A stretch of DNA of 62,944 nt, counting the filler, from Reclinomonas americana ATCC 50394 (taxonomy: Eukaryota): the NCBI GenBank assembly GCA_048213135.1. It is 13 parts of 13 records of this genome, joined end to end, with 100 filler letters (N's around TTAATTAATTAA, not from the genome) between each part and the next. Parts side by side here need not be neighbours in the genome. Positions count along the whole stretch, not along the records: positions 19,153 to 25,983 come from AFZH01017259.1; positions 26,084 to 29,525 come from AFZH01017261.1; positions 29,626 to 38,158 come from AFZH01017262.1; positions 38,259 to 45,107 come from AFZH01017263.1; 9 more parts are not named here. One strand, 5' to 3'. Positions 25,473-42,903 of this stretch are shown piece after piece. The notes below the pieces were generated by a model, which worked only from the letters and a program-made list of their open reading frames with translations, did not search any database and was not told the DNA's origin. How positions within the stretch are numbered: position 1 is the stretch's first letter; the number at the start of each line of letters is the position of its first letter. Both the position numbers and the translations under genes were made by a program.

Positions 25473-28400
25473 TCAGTCCACAGCCATGGCAACCGACTGC
25501 GCTCCGCCATCCATCGCAGGCTCCACCTCCTCCTCCTCCTCCTGCACAAGTGAAACAGTCAGAACACCATCCTGTGTCCCTCTACCTCCCTCCCACTCAC
25601 GCACCGGAGCCGGCATATCGTCTCCAGTGTCGTCGACCCAATACCCTGCACCACTCTCCTCACGCACAGCCGCCGACTGCTGCTGTTCGCCTCCAATTTC
25701 GACAACCATGCTGTCGCCATCCGCCTCTCGTACAGCCGACACCGGCTCGTCTCCCGTGTCATCCTCATGCTCAGCCGACATCTGCTCGCCCCCCATCGCA
25801 ACAGCCATGCTGTCGCGGTCGCCATCAGCCTCCTCTGACATCTCCTCATCATCGTCGTCGTCACTAACGACAGCCGACTTCTCCAAAGCATCTGCGTCCA
25901 CAATCTCGGCGTCCTCGTTCTTCTCTACCTCTTCCTCCTCCCGCTCGTCCTCATCCTCGTCCTCGTCTTCCACTCTGTCCTCGNNNNNNNNNNNNNNNNN
26001 NNNNNNNNNNNNNNNNNNNNNNNNNNNTTAATTAATTAANNNNNNNNNNNNNNNNNNNNNNNNNNNNNNNNNNNNNNNNNNNNATCGCCAAGCCGATCAC
26101 CAAACGCGTGCACGACTGCGGGTGACGGAGATCCTGGTCCAGACGTCGGGATGCCCACGTCTTTGCAGGCGAATTCGCAAAGTATGCTCTGATGACGGCA
26201 GATGCAGGACTTGAGCACAATCGGTGCCATGACACCGAATGCCTGCACCAGAATCTTCCTCCGATTGCAAGCCTGCCAATACATGCACAAGGGTTTTTTT
26301 TGAGTGCTTGCAGGATCTCGGGGAGAGCGAAAAGGCAAAGCAAATACCAGCAGTTTTTCTAATAGCTCCGTCTCCTCTGCGCTCAGCGGCTGCGGCTGTG
26401 CAAACCACAAGGTGCGCTGAGTAATCACACGCACATACACACGTGCGCGCGAATCAATACCTGTGCCGCACGCTGCTGTCGAGCGCCACCATCAACCTAT
26501 GTAGAACAACGGGGTCAGCGCATGGTTGGCGAGAGCATTGCCTGTGGCACCTACATACCGACTTTGCCACACTGTTGCCGTTGGGCAAAGGCACGGCCGC
26601 TCCACCCAGCTTCTTCTCCGGCGCTCCCGACTTCTTGTTCTTTGCAATCTTGGGTGCAGGAGACGGTTGCGAATCTCTCGAGTTGCACCACTCGACGGCA
26701 CGGGTGATTTCCGCAGGCGAGAGGCAACCGCCGCGGGCCAGTGCAGCTGTAATGCCGGGGCACTCGCGAATGGCTTCCGAGGCCAGCACAATAAACGCCC
26801 GCAGCGGGTCCTCTTCTTGGGAGCCACCGTTCGCCGCCGGCATTGACTCCTGCCGAGGACATTAGCGATGAAATACGCCCACGCACAACGTGCACTCGTC
26901 AAACCTCCGAGTATCCACTCGCGTCCAACGGAATCAAGGGACTGTCCAAAACGTCCGACAGTGCAGTTCCACGGAGTCCACTCTCCTGCAAACGGCAGTG
27001 TCATTGACGAGGTGACTCGAAACGACCACGCACACACACACATACACACACCGCAATGTAGTCACTCATTCTCTTGAGTACGCCTTCCACGGACAGTGGA
27101 ATGTTGTGGCGTGCACGACTGACCATGGAGTCGAGACTGCGACCCATGGACATCATGATCGCTGTCCACAGCTGCTCCGATCCAGACAGCCACACCCCGC
27201 AGTCGTCGCAAGCGACTTCACACAGCAGGTGCTTGTGACAGGTAACAGTGTCGGGCCGCACAAACGGTGCCACAACGCCGAATGCCTTCACCAATACCCT
27301 CTTTCGGTTGCAACACTGCGAGCACGCACACACACCATGAGCGGCCTAGGTGAGGTACATGCATAGCACACACGCACGCACGCAACTTGCAATGCCTCCA
27401 GCACCCTCTTGTCACCCCGACTGAGACCTTCCACGTCGGCCGCGTGACTGGATTTCTGCGAGCAGTTGGAGGAGGGTAAGCGGATCATCGCGTCGATAGC
27501 TGTGCGCTGATCGGCGTACCTTTGACGGCGACATGTGCTCATCGTGGTCGATTCCAGAGACCTGCAGAGATGACACAAGAGAAGGTCGTTGACTTAGCAG
27601 TCGTCCTCCCTCCACCACACGAACGAGTCCAACATACCGATCCGTCAACCTTGTTGCCGGCATCGACGAAATCCGCCTCTTCCTTTTCCTTCTTCATCGA
27701 CTTTTTCCGTTGGTTCGGCTACGAGCAGTACAGGAGACAAGTTACGACATGTGTGCGTTGCAATGATGGAGACACACTTGCAGACACGCGCAACTTGCGG
27801 TTTTTCCTTCTTTTGCTGGCCAGTATTGTTCACCTTCCCTGCCACCGCGGCACGGCCCGTCTTGCCGCGCTACGCATGCACAATAAGTTTACCAAACAAG
27901 CGTGCGTCGACAGAAATGCAGCGTGCGTGCTGCACAGCTGACACACCTTTTTCGGCGGTGAATGCTCGCCCTCACCACGACCAGCTGCATCTGCCTGCGA
28001 GGGCTGCGTCGACGACGGAATCAGTACCGACGCTTGAGTCGACAGGCAGCGCACACCCCCACGCACCTCCAGCGATCGTTTGCGGTGTGTATCGACCACC
28101 GCCGGCACAGCCTGCTGGCCACCATCACCAGCCGACGCAAAGTCCACCGGCTGGCCTCGCGAGAGTTTCTGGCGACGCGCAGTGAATGATGAGAAACGCG
28201 CGAGGGAGGATGGCAGACAGGCGAGAGGGAGGGCACACAGACCTCTAGGCTCTCCATAATCAGGCGGCTCCTGCGCTCTTGGTGCGTCACTGCAATGGGC
28301 ATGCACAGAGTAAGCACACCATACGATGCACATCAAACGCGTCTCTCTCTCAACGCACCCATCTCGCACAACTGCGTCATCTGCTTCCGAAGCGCAACAA

Positions 28401-28883
28401 TGTCCGCGGCACAGCTGCACGTCGTGCGCTTCTCCACGCCATTGGCAGTGGCGCGCACTGAAATTGGAAACATGTGATGGATGACACAGAGACCAAGGAA
28501 GAGAGGGAGTGAGTAGAGAGGGAGAGCAAGGGAGCAAAGGAGAGAACACGTTGTTGATCGTTGCTCGTGTGCATGCGTGCGTGCGTGCGTGTGAAAGAAT
28601 CAAGCAGTCGGGGAGAACGCGCGCACGCACCATCAGTGACAGTTGTGCATGTCGTAGCGGTGCTCGCCGCCGGAGAGGAAGCAACTCGCATTGGCACAGT
28701 CGCCACCGACGACGGTGACGACTGTGATGGGGTTTGCGATGCACTTTTGTCATCCCAACTTGCATTGAAGTTGACGAATCGCAGAGCCGGGTGTCGATGC
28801 ACGGTTCCTGCGGGTGGCGAGGAGGCAATGGAGGAGGAGGCGGAGGGTGGTGGTGGTGGCGGAGGCGGCGGTCGCGATGACAT
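25473..28883 (-). CDS. Unknown multi-exon protein: Pro/Ser-rich N-terminus, Lys-rich NLS-like region, two Cys/His repeats, acidic tail
   Basis: GT-AG exons can be chained in frame from MSSRPPPP (28883). Two related segments at ~27140-27420 and ~26090-26400. Joining the acidic exon 25473-25983 across the gap is inferred. Confidence 0.5.
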
Positions 28884-29672
28884 TTGTGTGTTGGAGGTGA
28901 TGAGTGAAAGTGACGCAATTTGGTGTCCGAGAGATGAGGTTGCGAAGTTGGTTTTTCCTTGCCGCCTTTCTGGTCGTGCATGTTGGGGAAGGCGTCCGGG
29001 AGACTGTGATTGTTGGATTTCGATGGATGCTACTGTAGATACTAGCGAGGAATTCGAATTCGAATTGATGCGTTGTGCGACGTCGTGAAGCGGCAAGCTT
29101 GCACGAGGATGTATGGGTGGAGCGGAGTGGCTGTCGATTATAGCACAGTGTCCACGCCTAGCACGGGCTCCAGATCTGCAAATCCAGGTGGGTGTCTCGC
29201 TGCGATCTTCCTCGAGCTCGTGCGTTCGAATTCAATCGAGAGATCGCACCGTTGCAGTACGCACTTGCTTCCCCAGTGTACACTGGTTTTCAGCCCTCGA
29301 GCATGCCTCTGAACCGGCATGTTCGAGTGTCTTCAAGATCCGCATCCACTTCGCAGCACAATTGCAATTGCGAATCCGCGGTTTCCGATAGCACTACCGA
29401 GCATGCAGCCCTGTGCTATCTAGGCTGCAAGCACCACGCAGTTTCTTCCCCATGGCCTGCAACTTGCAATTACTTCTCCAGCCATTTTTTCGATGTCGAA
29501 TGTCCCACAAAAATTACCGTTACCGNNNNNNNNNNNNNNNNNNNNNNNNNNNNNNNNNNNNNNNNNNNNTTAATTAATTAANNNNNNNNNNNNNNNNNNN
29601 NNNNNNNNNNNNNNNNNNNNNNNNNGAAGAGAAGAGCTCTTGGTCTTGTTGTTCTTCTTGAGAGGACATCGG

Positions 29673-29703
<31 letters not shown>

Positions 29704-30033
29704 ATTGTTGTTGTTGTTGTTGTTGTTCTTCTTCTTCTTCCTCTTCTTCTTCTTGTTCGTGTTCTTGTTCTTCTTCTTCTTCCTCTTGTTCGTGTTCTTG
29801 TTCTTCTTCTTGTTCTTCTTGTTCTTCCTCTTCGTCTTCTCCTTCTTGTTCTTGTTCTTGTTCTCTTGTTCTTGTTCTTGTTCTTGTTCTTCTTCTCGTC
29901 GTCCTTCTTCTTCGTCTTCTTCTTCTACTTGTTCTTCTTCGTGTTCTTCTTCTTCTTCTTCCTCCTCCTCCTCCTCCTTTCCCCCTTCCCCTCCCTTTCC
30001 TCCCTCCTCACCTCATTCCCCCCCTGCTCGCAG

Positions 30034-30878
30034 CCCGTCATGCTCGCCTCCGCCATCGCCTCCATTGTCTGCGGCGTGCCACCGCCCGCCAGCATGTCGT
30101 CTTCGACGACCACCACCACGACAATCACCACCAGCGGCGTCACTGCGCCCACCACCCCAGTCAAGACACGCGCCGGCAACGGCGGTCGTCACCGACAATG
30201 CCTGCAAGTGGTGGCACTGGCCGACGGCGAGGAAACCGCGCGACCGCTGGCTTTTGGCGATTGCGGCGGCAGCTCGTGTGGCACCGACGTGGAGGACGAG
30301 CTGTGCGACGGGCTGCAGCAGCTTCGTGCGCGATCGGTGGCGGTCGACGGCGACGACGACGATGAGGGTGCGGAGAGTGTGGGCCGTTCGGACACCATGC
30401 AACCACCGATTCGCGCGTTGTTGTCGCCGCAAGTTGTCTCTGCGCACAGCCACCACCATCATCATCATCATCATCACAACGCTGCACGGCGGCTCGTCAC
30501 GGCCACCAACTCGGATTTTGGCTCGGAGGACGGCACGTGGCTTGGTTTGCGAGAACAGCAAGGGCTGGGGCGCGGCTCCGAGGCCGACAATAGCAGTGTG
30601 CATGACGGAGAAGGGAGCCAGCTGCGACAGAGTGCCGAGTCGTTCCGTGTCGAGTCGTGGCTGCCAAAGGCCAAAGCGTGAGTGATTGGCTTCACAACAA
30701 CTGCATTCTTTCTCGCTCCCTCTCTCACTGCTGATGTTGCAGGCAAAAGCCACGACCTGGAACCTGCGGCAAACTCTCGGCCACCGGTGACTTTGAGGGG
30801 AGCGACTTTGAGACGGAGAGTGCCGAGGATCTCAAGTTCCTCGGCAAAGTTCGTGGGATTCTGCAGAAGAACGGCTGA
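30034..30878 (+). CDS. Unknown low-complexity protein, 3' exons only (poly-His tract)
   Basis: Acceptor at 30033 and an intron at ~30678-30742; ends ...ESAEDLKFLGKVRGILQKNG-TGA. Confidence 0.5.
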
Positions 30879-30987
30879 GCGAGAAGGAGTAGGGGCGGTG
30901 ACGCAAATGTGCGCAGTTATTGCACGTGATTGTCATCTTCTCGGAAAATGTGCTACGCATTCTTTAATTCAGCATCTCCTCTCCCAT

Positions 30988-32642
30988 TCACTTTGCAATG
31001 TGCGCCTTCCACTTGCGGAGCTCGCGCTTGTATACCACTCTGGACCACACAATGGCCGGCACCATGCATTGGCAGTCGTCGCTGCGGGTGCATCGCGTCG
31101 GTGCAGGCAGACGGCGAATGCAGTCGCGCAATTTGTCCGCCATTGCAAGACCGGCCACACGTCCCCAAGCGGCAAGCATCTCTTCGTCTGCACAGGCGAA
31201 TCATACAAAGCTATGAGTGAAAAACAGGAGGAGACACAAGCCTTTTCGAGTAATATACCGCTGGCAGTGGCGCCCGGAGCGTCTGCATTGGGGCCCGCAC
31301 CGCACAATCCATTCTTGCAGAGGAAGCGGCGGCAGTCCTCCTGGCTGTTGCGATGCAATAGGCCGCGGTGAAACTCGGCAGACTCCACGCCGACGACGGG
31401 GTGATGATCTGCGCTCTGCGTGTCAACTCTCATTCCTCCCTCCTCTCTCTCTCTCCTTCACGCATCCCACGCTCACCAGCCGTCCTCGCTCGTGCCGCCG
31501 CCTCCTGCGCCAACTCCTGCACGGCGCACAGAGCGGCCAGCCGCGAAGAGAACGCCAGGCGGTGGCTGTCACCCACCACCGTCAGTATCGGATACTCGCC
31601 CAAAATGGCCGCCGGGTTGAACTCCAGGCGCGACAGCTCGGATGCAAAGTCGGCCAGCGTGGCAGTCGGCTCGTTGAGCAAAATCTGTGCCAGGAGTCAT
31701 CAGCGCCGACATTATCGACCTGCTCTCGACACGCAATCTATCACCTTGCGGAACCACTCCAGCATCACGACTTTCAGTACGACCGCGTCGGAGCGACGGC
31801 GGTGCGGACGCACAGCACACTCGTGCAACAGGCGCTCCCACTCTTTCGTCATGCCCTCCAGCGCCAGTCGCTTGTTCTCGCGATACGAAATCGATGGGTT
31901 GATGCTGCTCAGCAGCGTGAGATCGCCGCCCATCAGCCGCCAATACTTGGCCGCCAACGACGCGTCCGCCACACCGCGCTGCTGCTGCACGTACAGCTTG
32001 GCGTCGCTCTCATTCAGCTGAGGCACCTGCAGCAGGTGGACGGCCGTCGCCGAGCTGCCACCAAGAAGCTGCTGTCGCTCAACAACATCCTTCTGCAGTG
32101 CCGTCCCTTCCATTACGCGATAGATCGCATCGAAGCTGTGGCCCAGCTGCTGCAACGCGCCGGCGTCGTTGTCTTTCGGCAACTGGTGGGCCTCAGTCAC
32201 GACGACAATCAACACCACCGAGTTCGCCGTGGTCCACTCCCGCACGTCTCTCAGCAGCCGCTGCCGCTCGGCTCCAGGCATGCCCGTGCTGTCAGAGTCG
32301 TCCACCACCAGCGTGAACGGACGCGGTCCAGCACTCGCCATCTCGCGCGCCACCTTTGCCACCTCCTGCTTGACACGGTCGACCATGTGAACCGACGAGA
32401 ACGGCATCTCAAACACAGGCTTGTCTGTCGGCGACAACGCGGAGCGCTTGTTCTCGGACGCAGAGTCCGGCTGCAGGAAGAGCTGCATGCACAGAGAGCC
32501 AAGTGAGAATGCAACATACGAGTGGCGAGAGCAAGCAAGCAAGCATGCAAAGAACTTGGCGAAGTCGCGACGACAATCGCTCGTTGTAGTCCTCCTCGCG
32601 AAGTCCAAGCGACTGCACGCAGCACGTCAGCTCCCTCCTTCT

Positions 32643-32685
<43 letters not shown>

Positions 32686-33117
32686 AGCGATGCGCACCTC
32701 GATCACTTGCGCACAGAATCGCTCTCGCACATCCCGCTGGTCGACCGGCACCGATGACAAGGCCACATAAAGCATCCCAGAAGCCGGTTGCGAGGCCACA
32801 AAACGAGCATCTGAAGAGAACACAGTCAGAGTCACTCGCTCTTTCTCAGTCACAATCACTCACTCACAGTTGGAGGCCTGAGATCCCTGCAGAATGCCGA
32901 CACTTCCCGCAGGCAAGAGCAAGTGCGCAGAGTGCTCTTGTGGAGGCGAGGGAGGAGCAGCCTGTGTGCGTGCACATGTGTGAATCAGACATTCAGTCTC
33001 TTTCCTTTCTCTCTGTGGCCCCTGCCTCACCTCATTCTCTGTCGCTTGCATTCTGTGCGTGCGTGGATACACCAGCGCGGCGGCGCACAGGCCTGTGCAC
33101 ACGCGTGCGAACAGCAT
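30988..33117 (-). CDS. Hypothetical degenerate P-loop/AAA-like protein with Cys-rich C-terminus
   Basis: Walker-B-like FTLVVDD, VLIVVVTE and LMGGDLTLL; no intact Walker A (GILQGSQASN). Exons chain in frame. Confidence 0.5.
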
Positions 33118-33242
33118 TTGATTTCCGACACGAATGAAGCTGTCACGACACTGTCGGATTACATTGTGTTTCTCCTTCTTCTTCTTCTCATCCTCCTTCA
33201 CGCTCCTCATTCATGTTCCTCGCAACTCGACCTGCTGCTCCC

Positions 33243-38746
<5,504 letters not shown>

Positions 38747-39742
38747 ATGCGAAACTCTCTTGAGGGCGACCAAAGTGCGAGCGCTCCGTCGCGCGGGAGA
38801 AAATGCAATGTGTGGGACACGCGCGACGTTTGACTGAGTTGAGGGGAAACAGAGCAGCATGTGCTGTATACTGCAACACGGATGCACCCTTTTCAGGTCC
38901 TTTGAGTGTCATACCATGAAATGCTTGGAGAAGACCTTGGAGAAGACTTCGACGCTTGAGCCGGAAGCATGGACATGAACAGCGGCATGTTTGAGACTGC
39001 TGCATGGATGCCTCGTTTTCAGACCTTTGCGTGTCGTATGTCTAACGATTGGCGAAGACTTCCAACGCGACAATTCAAAGTGTTCGAAGAGAAGCTGGAT
39101 GGAGAAACTTGAACTTGAGCAGCGGCATGTTTGAAGCTGCTACCACAGAAGCATCGTTTTCAAGACCTTGGGTGCTGTATCACCAGTGCGTGCACGTCGA
39201 TGTTCATCTCGTCATGCTCAGAAAAAAGTTACTCGACGTCGTATGGATGCATTCGTTCACAATCTGAATGCCACCTGGCTAGTAGCGTGGAGAAGACGTT
39301 GATCGTGACGTGGGCTTGCACATAACATACCTCGGACCTCCTTCGCCTTGGTTTCGCACACCCCGCTGTATCTTTGCGGGTTCTGTACCCCCTGCCCTTC
39401 ATCCGTGCACCTGAATCATAACCCTTGGCCGTTGACACATGCCAGCTTCTGCCATGATTGCCAACCAGAACAGAGACATCCCAGACAGATTGACGTTTCT
39501 GCAACAGTAACCGTCGCATGCTGGTCAACCCAGCCAGTTGAATCCGAGGGGTCGCCTCACCTCTCGCTGCGGCCCGCGACCACTCTGATCAACAATAGCA
39601 GCGATTCTGTTGTACTTTGGGGCATCATCCCCGTCGCGCTCTGCTGCTCGGTCCACGTTACGGACTGCCGTCGTTTTGCAAGCGACGCGCCCTTTCGCGC
39701 GAGAAGGCCACCTGTCGCTTGTTGGCACTGCCGTCAACACGC

Positions 39743-42684
39743 TCAGGTGAGGAAGTCGATCTCCATCGCGATTTGTGCGCTGCAGTCAGCTCCACACAGC
39801 CCGCGGCGGCCGAGACCGATGCGTGCCAGTCGCAGCGCCGTGTCCAGCACGGTATCCATCTGGTCGGCTTTGACGGTGCCTGCACCAAAAAAAGTCTGTT
39901 ACACGTCATCTAGTCCCTCGCGTGCCCGGATCTCTTCCTCTCATTCTCTCTCCCTCTTCTCCTCTCCCCTCCCTCACCCCTCTCACCTTCCACATTGGTC
40001 GTGCGCCACACCAAATACGCATGCTGCGTAAATCTCCCCGCCGCCCTCCACAACTTGGCACGTTCGTCCAACGTATCCGGCTGCGGTCGCGCAACCTCCA
40101 GGGCCACCGTCGTCGACGACCACGGCATCAGCGAGGCCAGAAACATGTCCGCACTCGTCGAGCCGATGAGCAAGTCGGTGTGTCGCACGGTCTCCAGCAG
40201 ACGCGTAAGGGGCATGCTTCCGGGATCCACAATGTTCGCCTGCACACCGTGCGCCATGCGCAGCGCCTGCTGCAGATCCTGCGACGAGACGAAGATTGGT
40301 GGAGGGACGGATCAAGAAGATGCAGGCGACCCTCTCACAAACCAGCGGATCGAATATGGGAGGCGGCGCGGCGGTGCCCTCCTCGGTGATCTTGCGCGCC
40401 AGGATGGTGGCCGTGAGTGGCTGACGTGCACGACGCGCATCCTCTTCCATGGTACGTGAGCTGCAGGTAGTAAATGAGTGACCCACATGACGGACAAGTG
40501 GGAGAAAGGCAGTACGCAACTGGAGGACCACCGTGCGAGCAAACTCAATCACTGCCTGACTCTCGGGGCACGGACGCGTCTCCTCGGCATTGTCCCACAC
40601 AGAGGCTCCGGTGCCAGGCGAGATAATGACCAGTCGTTGGAAGCACACGCGCTGGCCTGCGAGCACGGAAGGGCACAAGAAGCGTGAGTCACCCACTCAC
40701 ACATACACGCGCGCACACTCACTCACTCGCTTCGCGACCAAATTTCGCCCTCATTATCCAACTGCATGGTATAATCCATTCGCTCTTTCCTCTCTAGCAC
40801 TTCGCTTCACCGTTCACACTCCTTCTCGCTTCCATCAACAAGCACCGTCCGTTGGCTGTCCATCGCAATGAATTTCCTCGCATCTCTCTCTTCCACACTC
40901 TCCTGTCTTCCGCCTCACCAATCGCACCTTCTCTGGGTTGATCATCGACTCGACTCTTCTCTCTCCCTTCCCCCTTCTCCCCCCTTCCCTCCTGCGCACC
41001 ATTCAAATCCGCCGCCGACATCGCCTCATGCCCTTGCATCAAATTGCTCCACCACTCCACACGCTCTGGCAGCACATTGTCGCCAAGCAGAATCGCCTGC
41101 GCCTGTCGCATCTCCACATCCAGCGAGCGCGCCGCCACAAAGCTGCCAAACATGCTAACAAAGACTGCCAGCGAGAGAAAACGCTGGGTGAGCACCAGAT
41201 AACACACTCTCTCACCACACCCACACGCGCAACTGTCGTCGACCGTCGGCGGAACCAGCACCACATCATGATCGATGGTAAGCGTGCACGAAGAACTCGG
41301 GAACGAGGCCGCATCCGTGACCACCAGTCGCGCCTCGTGACTGGACGACGTGGGCCACTGCCGACGAGGCGATGAACAACAAAAGGAATACACACTCGAA
41401 TGACGGGTGCAAAAAGACGATTGCGCACCGTGACTCCCGCCGCCAACGCACAGTTAGCAGTGATGCTGGTCGGCGCACGTCCTGCGAGCACCAACGCGTA
41501 CGATCAGCTTTCTTCGACATCACTCACTCTGGGCTATCTCGCGCACTGCCTTCTTTCTTTCTTTCTTTCTCCTCGTTCGTATCCACATGTTCCTCTTCTC
41601 ACGTGCATACTTTACTCTCTCCAAGCGTCCTCCCTTCTTGTTCTCCTCCTCCTCCTTTTTCTTTCTCCCTCCTCCAACTTAACCTTCTGTCCTTGTCGTC
41701 TACACTCTTTCTTTTCTTCTCCTTCTCTTAGTCTGTCTGCACCCCACCACACACACACTCTCTCTCTCTCCCTCTCCTCTCTCTCTCTCTCCCTCCTCTT
41801 GTTCTTGTCCTTCTTCCTTCTCCTCCTCTTGCCCCTTCCCCCTCCCACCCTCCCTTCCCCTTTCCCCCCTTCCCCCCTCCTCCCTTCCCCCCTTTCCCTC
41901 CCTCCCCCTTCCCCTTCCACACGCACTCTCCAACAACTGAAAATTGACCGCCACACGTCGCATATCACAGGCCCCCGTGAGCTTGTTGCACGCGATAGTC
42001 GACGTCGAGCTGGCGGGGAACTTGGGACTCGGCGTGCACATGGTCACGACATTGGCCGGCGACCGCAGCAGCATCGCGCGCCCCACTTTTTGCTCACACT
42101 CCTCATCGCCCTTGCTCGCCCCGCTCACTCGCCGCCAAAACTCCAACGACGTCAACACCGGCGACACAGCTGCGGCTCCAGCCGGCGGACACACCAACGG
42201 TCCCTTCTCACTCTGCGTCTCCTCGTCACCACCACCACCTTGCGTCGTCACCCTGTGCAACTCATCCTCCAGCTCCTCGGCATCACGCAGCGCATCGTTG
42301 AACTTGGCATTCAATTGCGCCACCCGCTGCTCCGCCGCTCGCTTCTCCGTCTGCAACTCCGACAGCAGAACTCCGCGCTCGTCAATCAGCGCCGCCACGG
42401 TCAGCATATCGGCGTTGCATTCGACCTGTGCATGAAAAGTGAATATGACTTTTACGACAAAGTGTGCAATGAGTCTTTTTTATCGTCACCAGTGACGCCA
42501 GTGTGCTTGTGCGCGTCTGCCACACCACCACAGCGACACATGCGCCTACGACGAGCAGCACAACAGCTGCGGCAATGGAAACACGTGGCAAACGCTGCAC
42601 GAAACCGCGCCGATCAGAGATCGCCTCGCCGCTACGAAGCAGCAGCGAGGAGGAGCTGCCGTTGTCGTCATCTTCCTCCAACAT
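39743..42684 (-). CDS. Type II membrane glycosyltransferase family 61-like protein with coiled-coil stem
   Basis: N-terminal TM (IAAAVVLLVVGACVAVVVW), coiled coil, RVCFQRLVI, TATILARK and MPLTRLLETVRHTDLLIGSTSADMFLASLMP..VALEV. Confidence 0.6.
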
Positions 42685-42903
42685 TGAATTGAAGTGCGTC
42701 GGTCATCCATTTCCATCGATCGGTCGCCGAAGGTCGCACAGCGTGAGCCCAGGTAAATGGCACTTCGATCACACACACACTGATGCACACAGCGACGCTC
42801 GCATATCTTTTTCCCGCGCGCACACACGCGTGTGTCAACCAAACTGTCGTGTTTTTGTTGACATGTCTCTCACTCTCTCTCTCTCTCTCTCTCCACGCAC
42901 AGC

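Noticed and set aside
30682..31371. 229-aa ORF overlapping the opposite-strand gene
   Set aside because: Splice phase puts the + gene in another frame, ending at 30878.
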